Source: Hemiscyllium ocellatum | Taxonomy: Eukaryota | Length of the DNA stretch: 64,000 nt | Reading direction: 5' to 3' | Assembly: GCF_020745735.1 (NCBI RefSeq) | Contig: NW_026867531.1 | Coordinates: 310,001-374,000 of the forward strand | Shown here: in pieces, positions 50,355 to 63,079 of the stretch | How positions within the stretch are numbered: position 1 is the first letter of the stretch | Layout: every line of letters begins with the position of its first letter | Notes under the pieces: model-generated | Databases searched by the model: none | What the model saw: the letters and a program-made list of their open reading frames with translations, nothing else | Told to the model about the DNA's origin: nothing | Made by a program: the position numbers and the translations under genes

Positions 50355-51451
50355 TTATAGAACATAGAACATAGAAAAATACAGCGCAGTACAGGCCCTT
50401 CGGCCCTTGATGTTGCGCCGATCCAAGCCCACCTAACCTACACTAGCCCACTATTCTCCATATGCCTATCCAATGCCCGTTTAAATGCCCATAAAGAGGG
50501 AGAGTCCACTACTGCTACTGGCAGGGCATTCCATAAACTCACGACTCGCTGAGTAAAGAATCTACCCCTAACATCTGTCCTATACCTACCACCCCTTAAT
50601 TTAAAGCTATGCCCCCTTGTAATAGCTGACTCCATACGTAGATAAAGGTTCTCATGGTCAACCCTATCTAAACCCCTAATCATCTTGTACACCTCTATCA
50701 AGTCACCCCTAAACCTTCTTTTCTCCAATGAAAACAGCCCCAAGTGCCTCAGCCTTTCCTCATATGATCTTCCTACCATACCAGGCAACATCCTGGTAAG
50801 CCTCCTCTGCACCCGTTCCAGTGCCTCCACACCCTTCCAAATGTATGGCGACCAAAACTGCACACAATACTCCAGATGTGGCCGCACCAGAGTCTTATAC
50901 AACTGCAACATGACCTCAGGACTCCGGAACTCAATTCCTCTACCAAGAAAAGCCAGTACGCCATATGCCTTCTTCACAGCACTATTTACCTGGGTGGCAA
51001 CTTTCAGAGATCTTTGTACATGGACGCCAAGATCCCTCTGCTCATCCACACTACCAAGAATCTGACCATTAGCCCAGTACCCCATCTTGCCAAAGTGAAT
51101 CACTTCACACTTACCTACATTGAACTCCATTTGCCACCTTTCTGCCTAGCTCTGCAGCTTATCTATATCCCGCTGTAACCTGCCACATCCTTCCTCACTG
51201 TCAACAACTCCACCAACTTTCGTATCATTTGCAAACTTGCTCACCCAACCTTCTAGCCCCTCCTCCAGGTCATTTATAAAAATGACAAACAGCAATGGAC
51301 CCTAAACAGATCCTTGCGGAACACTGCTGGTAACTGCACTCCAAGATGAACCTTTACCATCAACTACTACCGTCTATCTTCTTCCAGCCAGCCAATTCCT
51401 AATCCAAACCTCCAACTCACCCTCAATGCCATCCCTCCATATTTTTTGCAG
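50355..51451 (-). mobile_element. Young 5'-truncated CR1, same subfamily as 33010-34910
   Basis: Near-identical protein ([14 protein letters not shown]...) and (CATAGAA)n tail. Absent from the paralogous block at about 55750. Confidence 0.92.
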
Positions 51452-51604
51452 TCCTCTCTCCTTTAATGATTTGTACACATGGTCCCCTATTCCCACTGTC
51501 CTGCTCTTTGTGTCTGTGCCAATCAAATATATATTCCCTTTCTACATTGCTTCTCTCAAAATGCATCAACTGACTGTGTGTTCTAAAGAAGCGACATATT
51601 CCAC

Positions 51605-54240
51605 TCAATAGACAATAGACAGTAGACAATAGGTGCAGGAGTAAGCCATTCTGCCCTTCGAGCCTGCACCACCATTCAATATGATCATGGCTGATCATCC
51701 TTAAGCAGTATCCTGTTCTTGCCTTATCTCCATAACCCTTGATTTCACTATCCTTGAGAGCTCTATCCAACTCTTTTTTAAATGAATCCAGAGACTGGGC
51801 CTCCACTGCCGTCTGGGGCAGAGCATTCCACATAGCCACCACTCTCTGGCTGAAGAAGTTTCTCCTCATCTATGTCCTAAATGGTCTCCCACATATTTTT
51901 AAGCTATGTCCTCTGCTTCGGCACTCACCCATCAGCGGAAACATGTTTCCTGCTTCCAGAGTGTCCAATCCTTTAACAATCTTATGTGTCTCAATCAGAT
52001 CCCCTCTCAGTCTTCTAACTCAAGGGCATACAAGCCCAGTCACTGCAGTCTTTCAGCATGAGCTGGTACTGCCATTCCAGGAATTGACCTTGTGATCCTA
52101 CGCTGCACTCCCTCATAGCCAGAATGTCTTTCCTCAAATTTGGAGACCAGAACTGCACACAGTACTCGAGGTGTGGTCTCACCAGGGCCCTGTACAGCTG
52201 CAGAAGCACCTCTTTGCTTCTATACTCAATCCCTCTTGTGATGAAGGCCAGCAAGCTATTAGCCTTCTTCACTACCTGCTGTACCTGCATGCTTACCTTC
52301 ATTGACTGGCGGACACGAACACCCAGATCTCTTTTTCCTGCCCCTTAACCTAAATTGATTCCATTTAGGTAATAATCTGCCTTCCTGTTCTTGCCACCAA
52401 AGTGGATAACCATACATTTATCCACATTAAACTGCATCTGCCATGCATCTGACCACTCACCTAAACTGTCCAGGTCACCCTGTAATCTCCTAACATCCTC
52501 CTCACATTTCACCCTGCCACCCAGCTTAGTATCATCAGCAAATTTGCTAATGTTATTACTAATACAATCTTCTATATCACTAATATATATTGTAAAAAGC
52601 TGCGGTCCCAGCACTGATCCCTGTGGTACCCCACTGGTCACTGCCTGCCGTTCTGAAATGGAGCCGTTTATCACTACTCTTTGTTTCCCGTCAGCCAACC
52701 AACTTTCAATCCAAGTTAGTTCTTTGCCCCCAATACCATGCACCCTAATTTTGCTCACTAACCTCCGATGTGGGACTTTATCAAAAGCTTTCTGAAGGTC
52801 CAGGTAGACTACATCTACTGGATCTCCCTCATCCATCTTCAGAGTTACATCCTCAAACAATTCGAGAAGATTAGTCAAGCATGATTTCCCCTTCATAAAT
52901 CCATGCTGACTCTGACCTATCCTGTTACTACTATCCAGATGTGTCGTAATTTCATCCTTTATGATAGACTCCAGCATCTTTACCACCACTGAGGTCAGAC
53001 TAACTGGTCTATAATTTCCTGCTTTGTCTCTCCCACCTTTCTTAAAAAGTGGTACAACATTAGCCACCTCCAATCCACTGAAACTGATCCCGAATCTATC
53101 GAACTCTGGAAAATAATCACCAATGCATCCATGATTTCTCGAGCCACCTCCTTCAGTACCCTGGGATGTAGGCCATCAGGCCCCAGGGACTTATCAACCT
53201 TCAGACCTAACAGTCTCTCCAACACCAATTCCTGGCAAATATAAATTCCCTTCAATTCAGGTCTTTCAGCCACTGTTACCTCAGGGAGATTACTTGTGTC
53301 TTCCCCAGTGAACACAGATCTAAAGTACCAATTCAATTCTTCTGCCATTTCTTTGTTCATCCTGTTTCTGTCTTCAAGGGTCCAATTTTAGTCTTAACCA
53401 TTTTTTTGCTTTCACATACCTAAAAAAGCTTTTACTATCCTCCTTTATATTTTTGGCCAGTTTGCCTTCGTACCTCATTTTTTCTCTGCGTATTTCCTTC
53501 TTAGTAATCCTCTGTTGTTCTTTAAAAGCTTCCCAGTCCTCCGTTTTCCCACTTATCTTTGCTGTGTTATAGTTTTTCTCTTTTAACTTTATATGTTTCT
53601 TAACTTCCCTTGTCAGCCACGGCCACCCATGCCTCCTCCTAGGATCTTTCTTCCTTTTTGGAATCCTGCATCTTCTTCATTATACACAGAAATATTGTTC
53701 CTCCACTGTCATTGTTCCTCCACTGTTATCCCTGAACTTTGGCCAGCTTCTCCCCCATAGCTCCATAGTTCCCTTTATTCAACTGAAATATTGTCACTTC
53801 CGATTGTACCCTCTCCCTCTCAAATTGCAGATTGAAGCTTATTGTATTATGGTCACTACTTCCCAATGGCTCCTTCACTTCGAGGTCCCTGATCAATTCT
53901 GGTTCGTTGCACAATCCCAGATCCAGAATTGCCTTCTCCCTGGTCGGCTCCAGCACCAGCTGTTCTAAAAATCCATCTTGGAGGCACTCCACAAAGTCTC
54001 TTTCTTGAGGTCCAATACCATCCTGATTCTCCCAGTCTACCTGCATGTTGAAATCCCCCAAAACAACTTTGCAACAGGCCATTTTCAGCTCCTGATTCAA
54101 CTTACATCCGACATCCAGACTACTGTTTGGGGGCCTGTAGATAACTCCCAAGAGGGTCTTTTTACCCTGAGAATTTCTCTGCTCTATCCATACTGACTCG
54201 ACATCCCCTGATTCTAGGTCCCCCCGCGCAAGGGACTGAA
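51605..54240 (-). mobile_element. CR1 ORF2 (APE to 3' end), different subfamily, frameshifted
   Basis: GVIYRPP, GDFN, SDH, QHGFMKGKSCLTN, GVPQGSVLGP and KFADDTK. Tail seen on plus strand as aatagacaatagacagtagac. Confidence 0.92.
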
Positions 54241-57050
54241 TATATTAAAAGTATAAAACTATAATTAGGCCACTTTTTGAGTATTGTGTGCTGTTTTGAT
54301 CACCATAAAAAGGAGGATGTGGAGGCTTTGGACAGCGTGAAAACAGGTTTACCAGGATGTTGCCTGGATTTGGAGAGGTTGGGAAGACTTGGATTTTTGT
54401 CAGGGGTCTGACAGTTTTATATTCAGTCCCCTGACAAAAGAAGGCAAGTATGCCATACAGATCCTTCACCACTTTCAGGGAGCTGTGAACTTGCCGCTGA
54501 AGTTCCCTGTGTTCATCAATGCTGCTGAGAGCCCTTCCGTTTCGTGAATACATTCCTCTTGCAATGAGTCTCCCAAAATACATCACCACACACTTGTCTG
54601 GATTAAAATTTGTCTCCGTATGGGTTTTCCAACTGATCTCTTTCTTGCTGCATCCTTTGACAACATTCTTCATGATTCACGACTTCATCAATTTGTACCA
54701 TCTAGAAACTAGCTAATTAAATTGTTTACATTTCCATGCTAATCATTAATATATTTAACAGACAATAGATGTCCCAGTTCTGATCCTTGTGGAACAACAC
54801 TGGCCACAGACCTCCAGCCAGCAACGTGCTGTAGAAGGAACATATTTCATTTAGTCAGTCAGTCGGAAAGCAATTCGGGTATTGGTGTGGCACTGGATGT
54901 ACAAGATATTCACAATCCTGGTAAAAACACCCTGGAATAGGTGTTCAGTTCTGTGTACCCTACCTGGGGACTCCCCCAGAACCAAGTATAAAGCAGTAAA
55001 CATTATCTCCTGCTGTGGAAGGATAACTTGTATTGGTCTGAGTATGAGCACAGAGCAGATTTACTTTAATGATAATTTAACCCCTGAAGACAAAGAACTA
55101 GAATAAGTTAAGTAAGTACAAAAAACAATGCATTATGGCACAGGAAGGGGCCCATCAAATCCAAGCTGGCTCTCTGTGCAGAATCCCATATTCTCGTTGT
55201 CCATCTGTCCCCAAAACCCTGCAAGTTTATTTCCCTCTGATGTGATATAATTGTATTCTTTAATCATTGATCATCTCTACTTTCACCACTATTACAGGCA
55301 GCATGTTCTGCATATTTCCAGCCAATACAGTCAGTGGGAACACTTGCTCATCTCCCACTTTCTCAAAACGTTACAGCTGATCTTAAATCTTGTGCCATCC
55401 CCAATCGAATACAGTTTTTTAAAATTGTCTGTTCTATCTAGATCTGTTCATACTCTTATCCATTTTAATCAATAAGAATATATTCAACTTGATTTCTTCA
55501 AAGAAAATTGCAATTTTTCTAAATCAATCCAGTGACTGCATTTTCTTCATCAGTGAACCACTCCACTAAGTCTGTACTCCACACTCTGAAGATCCCTCAT
55601 ATCCTTCCTGACCAGGAATCTATTGACCAGAATTGAATATAATGATTGACTGTGACCTAACCAGTCCAAGAAATTGTTTCCATGAATTTGTTCTCATTCC
55701 CTTTATTAATGAAGCCCAGGGTCCCATATGTTTTGATCAAAGCTCATTGATTATGTCCTCTCTCCTTTAAAGGTTTGTACACATTGTCCCCCAGTCCCTC
55801 AGTCTTTATTCTTTGTGTCTGGGCCGTTCAAATATATACCCCCTTTCTACATTCCTTCTCTCAAAATGCATCAACTTACTGTGTGTTCTAAAAAAATATT
55901 AACGCTCGCTCCACACGTTCTACCCCCTGGAAAACAGACCAGTACAGCACCAGAATAATCGTCCCACCATGTGTGTGCGGGCCATGATGCCATTCCAAAC
56001 TAATTCCATCTGCCTGTACATCATCCATATCCCTGCCAACCCACGCCTGCTTATGTGAGTGTCCAAATACCTCTTAAATGTTGTGATTGTTTCTGCTTTT
56101 GACACCTCCCAGGAGAGTGCATTCTGGTCATCTACCACCTTTTGCATAAGAAAATTGCCTGACACAACTCCCTTTAAAAGTTCACATGTTGTTGGAAATG
56201 CTCAGCAGGTCTTGCAGCATCTGTGAAGAAAAAAATACGTGAATGTTTCGGGTCCATCCTCAGAAACATGAACTCTGATTTCTCTTCACAGACGCTGCCA
56301 TACCTGCTCAGCATTTCCAGAAACTTCTGTTTTTGTTTCTGATTTACAGCATCTACTGTTCTTTCAGTTTTTATTTTATTTAAACTTGCTCCCTCTCCCC
56401 TTAAATCTAGAATTTGTCATTTCCACCTTGGAAAAAAGATTCAGATTATTCACTCTATCTGTGCCTGTCGGGTCACCCAGCAGCCACCGACTTTCCCAAG
56501 ACATCAATTCAAGTTTTTCCAGCCTCTCCCATTCCAGGCAATGTCCTGGTAAACCTGTTTTCACCCTCTCCAAAGCCTCCACATCCTCCTTATAATGCGG
56601 TGATCAAAACAGCACAAAGGTGGCCTAACTACAGTTTTATATTCAGTCTCCTCACAAGCCTGCCATCCACCTCCTTCACCACTTTCAGGGAGCTGTGAAC
56701 TTGCACCTGAAGATCTCTCTCTCTATCAAAGCTGCTTCGGGCCCTTCCATTTAGTGTATACATTCCTCTTACAATGAGCCTCCCAAAATACATCACCTCA
56801 CACTTGTCTGAATTAAAATCTATCCGCATAACTTTCCAACTGATCTCGTCCTTGATGTTTCCTTTCACAACATACTTCACGGTTCACAACTTCCTCACTT
56901 TGTGCCATCTACAAACTTGCTAATTAAATTGTTTACACTTTCAGGCTAATCATTGATAAATGTTGCAAACAGCAGATGTCCCAGTTCTGCTCCTTGTGGA
57001 ACAGAGGTACTGGCCACAGCCCTCCAGCCAGCAACATGCCCCTGCACAGC

Positions 57051-60000
57051 TGTTGCTGGGAGAAATATCGAAGAGGAGCCTTGAGTTCTGTGTTGAGCAG
57101 CACGACCAATGTTTATTCAGAGCTCCTTACTAATGCATGATGGGAGAGTTCCCTCTCTGGAACGCTGTGGCTCCCCCAGCCAAGTCCAGCATTTTGATGT
57201 ACTTCCTTCATCCGTTCCAGGAATATTTTCCCCCTGATCCGATCCCCTGGGTTCAGGATGTCAGCTGGGATGTTTATGAGCTCCCTTTCCCAATTTCTGA
57301 TTCTCTATCCTTCTGCAAATTCCCCTCTCAGCTCATGCAGTTGCTTTGCCAGTTCTTTCACAAACTCTCTCCTTGCCATTGCACATCTCCAGCCCTCCCA
57401 CTACCACACCCTCTGGCAGCTGCATAGTCCGTCCAGTCACGAATTCAAAGGGGAACTGCCCCATTCCCTTTGCTGGGGTTGACCTCAGTTTCATTAGGTT
57501 GGTGGGGAGTACTCTAACCCATCCCTGGCTGTCTCTGTCAGGGCCTTAATCAGACTAGCTGTCAGTGTCTGCTTCATTCCTTCTGCTGTCCCTGAGCTCT
57601 GGGGATGGGATGGGGGATGGGATTTCTGTTCAGTACCAAACAGGGCACATAGCTGTTTAACTAGGTTCCCTGTAACATGTGTCCCTTGGTCAGAATCTGC
57701 AGGGGAATGCTTCCACCCACTGAGTAAACCTGCTTATTAAGACCCAGCAGGATTTCTTTCCCTGGGATTGGGATGGGGGTATGTGTAAAATCCATCCATA
57801 ATTGTTCCCATGGGCCCCTGGGTCCCTGCTGCTGCCTCCATTTTGTCCTGATTGTTTTCCCTGGCTCACATTGTGCACAGACTACACCCCTTCGACAAAA
57901 CCTTGCTGTATCTCTCCCTGTTCCAGGCCACCCCTGTAGTGGGTCATCTGATATTGCATTGTATCCTGCCCAAGATGGACCTGCCCATGATATATTTTTA
58001 ATAATGTTTGTCTTATACCGTGTGGTGGCACTGCTGGATCATCCAGACTCTGTCTTGTCCTATTACTGCACCCCCCCCCTTTTTCCCATTCCTCTTTCTC
58101 CTGTTGTGGGGCTATTTCTGGGAATGTCTTCAACTTTCCTTTCTCGCTTCTGTTGCGACTGCCACTTCCCCAAATGTCTGCACTGTTTCAGTCAGTATTT
58201 CACCTGCCTTACTCACATACTCACTGCCCCATTGTTGTGCAGTTTCTACTTTCCTGTGAGCTCTAATCTTCATTATTGCTGCTTCACTGGGAATGTTAGC
58301 TGCTTCCACTAACTCTCTGACCTGTTCCTCATGCTCTATGTGGCCCCCAGACAGGGTGATATTCCGTCACCGAGCCCAGGCCAACACATGGTCATCAACA
58401 ATACCAAAGGCATGCTGACTGTCTGTGCATATGCTGACTCCCTGACCCCTGGCTAATGTCAGTGCTTCTGTCAGGGCTTGTGATGGTTCTACTATTTCTG
58501 GATAATTCTCCACATAAGTCCTCCAATAATTAAACAATCCTAAAGTTTACCTTAACCCCTTCACAGTGTGTGCACATGGATAGTTTTAAGATCATGGTCT
58601 TTCATTCTGCTGGGACTCTCCCCTCTCCCTTCCTGATGTGATCTCCCTGATATGATGTCCCAGGTACGTCTCTCCCTACCTTCCCAGTTGCACTCTCTGT
58701 GGGTTAATTTTAAGTCCGTCCTGGCTGACCTGACCCAATAGTCTGTTTAATATCCAGATATGTTCCTTCTCACTGACTGAGGTAATGAGGTGTTGGTAAG
58801 ATCAATGTGACTAACTCCATCAGCCATACATCGGTGGGATATACTGGAATATTGAGGGATCCTTGAGGTAACTGGATCCAGGTGTACTGTTTTCCTTCGA
58901 CAGTAAACACCAGCTTATTCTGGCATTCTGGGTACACAGGTACGGATTGGAACCCAGTCACAATATCAAGAGCTGAGACTGCATCCTGTTGTGATTTCAA
59001 TCCATTAAATATCGCGGCGAGGTTGGCTATTGTAGGTTATTCTTTATTGGCAGGGAGGTACAATCAATAGTGAGGTGGGATGAACCATCCGGATTCCGTG
59101 AATTAGTCCGGGATACTATCGGTCTGACTATTCCCTGCTTCTCTCAATCTATCACTGTCACATTTACTGCCTCCTCGCCCCAGCTTTAATGGGATCCTGT
59201 TTGTACGGGGAGTGAGAGGGCCCTCTATCTTTACAGGACCTACAGATAATAACGCACATTCCTGTTTGAGTTACCCACACCGCTGAGAGGGTCCTAACTA
59301 TAACTCCCCAGATTCCCTGACTGTCCCAGTCTCCCTGCAATGCAGCTACTCTGGAGATGTCGCCTCTCCTTTCCTTCCTATCTCAGTCCTGGCCGGAGCG
59401 TCCCCATGTTATATTTCGGGTCCCAACATCAATAATTGCTTCTAACTGTTCTAAAATGGTAACTCCCAGAGTGGTCCCTTCCTCAGTTTCACACTCCCAT
59501 ATCTGAATACATTTTGTCATATCCGTGATCTGCATCGGGACAGGTTCGCTTCATCTAGCTTCCTCGGTTCCCCTTCCGACTGCTCCTTTTTTATAGTTGC
59601 AGGGAGTAGGGGTAAACCCATATCCGTAACTGACGTGGATGCTCCTGTATTAACATCATGTGCTGTTGGTCCCAAACAGCACATCAAGAAACGTTCCTGG
59701 GCTATGCATGTGCAGACGTGAACACAGGCCACACACAATGTGAACATTTATCTCCCTCTCTCTGGCTATGTCCCTGGGCTATGTGCCCTTTCCTGCTTCC
59801 CTTGTAACATTGTGGATCTGGTTCCCCTCCCTGTACTGCAGCTATTCCCCTGTGTTTCTGAGATTGCCTCAGTTGTCATGGCACTATTCAGAGTGTGGTT
59901 AGAATTATCTCCCACTGGGAGTCCCATGTTTATAATTACAGTTAAATAGGGTCCCATGTCATCTTTAAAATACATCAAACCTATTTCATCATCACAGGTT

Positions 60001-60720
60001 GGGGTTTGGTAATCCCCCATGGTCCTTACACACCTCAGGCTTCCTCTCTGTATGATCCTCAATATTACCCTTGGGTCCCTGAGTCACCAAAGTTATTTTA
60101 GCCCATTCAGCCTGTCCCCTCCCCAGTGTGTCGCTGCAATATCTGTAAATGCCTGGAGGCACTGATCAGCTGTGCACTGGGGGGAACAGGCTCACACCCC
60201 CACCCTCTCATTGCAGGGACAGGTTCTGCTGTACACATCAGGGCATCTTGGCCTGAAAGATCTTGGCCTTACATCATCTTTGGTGAGACTGTGTACCTCA
60301 ACTAATTCATCCATATTCTCCCAATAAGGCCCATTATTACCATTTCTCCATCAGGCTGGGTGGTCATTCACCAACATCTGTCGTTCAGCCGGGTAAACGG
60401 TTCAGGTTTAGTTTCTGTCAGTTCCCTTTGTTGCTCCCTACTCTCTGTCCAAGTTTGAGCTTTGATGCCCAGCGGTGCCAGAGACACTGCCTTCTGGGCC
60501 TGACAGGGCGGTGGGTCATCCCACCCATTGCCGTCCCTCTGACCATACGTGGGCGCTTTGTCGTCTAACCTGTTCCAGTCAGTGTCACCATCCTCACTGC
60601 CTACTGAGGAGAGCGGGGCACTAGGTTCCTCCCCCACTGTAACTACCACCTGGCCCTTTGGCTTTAAGGCCTCACGTCTGAGAGCCACCACCTTCACTTG
60701 TTCCTGTTTCCCAGAATAAT
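57051..60720 (-). mobile_element. Defective endogenous retrovirus: gag-pro-RT-RNaseH-IN joined to a 3' LTR remnant; no env
   Basis: Gag PSAP (60614-60625) and broken CCHC knuckle (about 59700-59745). Protease VNTGAS (59637-59654). RT LEKQGIV...PDGSSHLTID...DIVTGFQSVP...KQYTWIQLPQG (LPQG 58860-58871). RNase H ICTDSQHAFG (58418-58426) and KIRAH. Integrase YHGQVHLG...CAQC...GPWEQLWMDFTH...WVEAFP...HPQSSG. AATAAA at 57112-57117 and terminal CA at 57051. Confidence 0.85.
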
Positions 60721-62089
60721 GTAACATTCCGTCATTCCTGGAATAACACAGAACAAAATGTGAATTTGGTTCAACGTGAAACATTAATAATTTGACATTC
60801 ACTTTACATATCTATAGATGTGAGAATTGTACTGTGATTATTTAAGTGAATTTAATGTGGTCATACAATGGAAATAACCCTGATAATCAACGACAATGAA
60901 TGAACTGAATAATATGTGATTATTTGTACCAGTTCTTGCATTGAAAATTCGACATCATTTTAATGCTTGTCACCCATTACACCATGGGGCATTATTATTA
61001 GGGAATAAAGTAATGGAAGGATATCAGAGAAAACAAATAGATTTTAATTTTAGCTTCACTGCAATAATGAACCAAAACAATATTTCGAAACATGGTTGAA
61101 CTACATAACAATGTTCCCAGTGTCATTACTGACTTGAGAACTATTTTAGTTTGCAAATTTCTTTGCACTAAGAATAATTGGAAATGAATTGTGATTATGA
61201 ACTGACCATTTAAAATATATTTTAAAGAGAATAACCAGATATATTTTTTGGAGTAAATTAAGAATGGAAATAAATATGTATCCATTGGTATTAATAGTTT
61301 TAAAATGTTTAGAAGTTGACTGGGATTATTTGATTGAGAGAGGCTGCATGATTATAAAGATTAATTCACCTTTTTCATTGGTTGGTTTCACTAGAACCTG
61401 TTGTGGTCTAAGCTCTTGTTGTGTGCAATGGACTGTCACTGATAGCTTAATTAACCGACAGGTCTCAGTTCAGGTTTCCTTTGTCTGTAAGTCAGTCTGT
61501 AAGTGAGCGACACACCTGCCTTTCTGAGGGGCAACAGAGATTCTTTTCAAAGGAAATGAAGTGGCAGTTCTCACTGAGAATGGTTTCTCCCACACACCAT
61601 CAACAGGGAAGGGTTTGTCTAAAGAATTCCAATCTCTCTCCATAAATCTGATGGTATCTGTTTTTGTCAGTTTGTGGAGGATTCAGCCCCTTTGTTCTGA
61701 GCTGTTTTTATACAAGCAGTTGGTTCATTATGTCTTTGCCAAGAATGTTGTTTATTTTCCCCTTTTACTGTGATTCTGCAGGTTAGAATATTCTGAGAGT
61801 CAATAATGTTCACTAACTGAACATTGAATGGTTTTGACTCTAAAAGAGCAGTGGCCTTGTTTGCAGCTAATTATTCACTTTTTTTATTTTGTGGTTGTGT
61901 TGAATGTTACAGAAACAGGCTCTGAGCAATGTTTCCATTCACTTGTGTTGGAGTCACTGACAGCCACGTGGTCAGTTAGCTTCAGGCTGATGGATCAGTA
62001 TCTCTGTCCTATTAGATGGTGGTCACTTGCTCAGTTTCCGATGGCTCACCTCAGTGTCAGTCCTTGGATCATGTGGGAAAGAAGCAGAA

Positions 62090-62480
62090 GGTGACCATTC
62101 GGCCCCTCGAGCCTGTTCCATCGTTCAATAAGACCAGGCCTGATCTGTTTGTGATTTGTATTCCATCTCCCCCCAACATCCCTTAACAAGAATCTATCAA
62201 CCTGTGTCTTAAAATACTCAGTGAGCCCACCTTCTGGGGCAGAGAGGTCCAAAGTTGCACTGCCCTCTGATTGGAAACAAGTCTCCTCATCTCTGTCCTG
62301 AAAGGGTGAACACAATTTTAAAGCAGTTCCCTCTCGTTCAGGAATGGCCCACAAGAGGAAACTTCCTTTCCACATCCTCCTTATCAAACCATTCAGGATC
62401 TTAGACACTTCAGTGACGTCACCCCTCACTCTCCCAAACTCCAGCTGAAACAAACCCAGCCTGTCCAACCGATCCGCATT
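62090..62480 (-). mobile_element. CR1 3' fragment
   Basis: RLGLFQLEFGRVRGDVTEVSKILNG plus CR1 tail. Confidence 0.75.
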
Positions 62481-63079
62481 TTATTTCTGTCATGCCGGGT
62501 GTGAGTGGGGATGAAATGTTATGTTTATTATGCAGTAAATGTGTTGCTTCACTCTGCTGTGTCTGAGAGTCAACATGAGCCATCCTCGCATTCCTGTCTC
62601 ACTGTTGTACATATATCTTACATCACTGTCGTGTTTCCACCTCCCTCCCTCCCTCCCTCCCTCGAACCAAAAAAGGAGAGAGATCGAGAAAATCTGTCAG
62701 AAAATTGGTTGTCACCTAAATGGTACTGAGTCTGATTGTAGAGATTGCATTGTAATTGTAGTAACCAGTTAATAAAAATTTACTGACAAGACATTTTGAG
62801 AGGGGCTGCTGTGTTGGTGGTGGCAGTGCTGCTGGTTGGTATAAGTGAGGGCTGGGGTGAATACTTGGCTTTGGTGAGAAAGGTGAGCATGGGAAAGGCA
62901 AGGTGAGATTCTTTTGTCTTCCTCAATAAGAAGAGGCAGAGATGGCAGTTCGGACAGTGTGGAGCTGTTTTAATCTTGCAGGCATTCTTTTTTTTAATAT
63001 TCATTTTCTGTGATGTGAGTGTCACTGGCTTGGCCAGCATTGATAGCCCATCCCTCTGAATAGTTCCAGAGTTGTAGAG

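Noticed and set aside
62700-62900. Minus-strand PSPHLYQP...CLVSKF..GYY, resembling the start of an Ig C1 domain
   Set aside because: No conserved Trp or second Cys follows, and the frame stops; insufficient evidence for a C exon.
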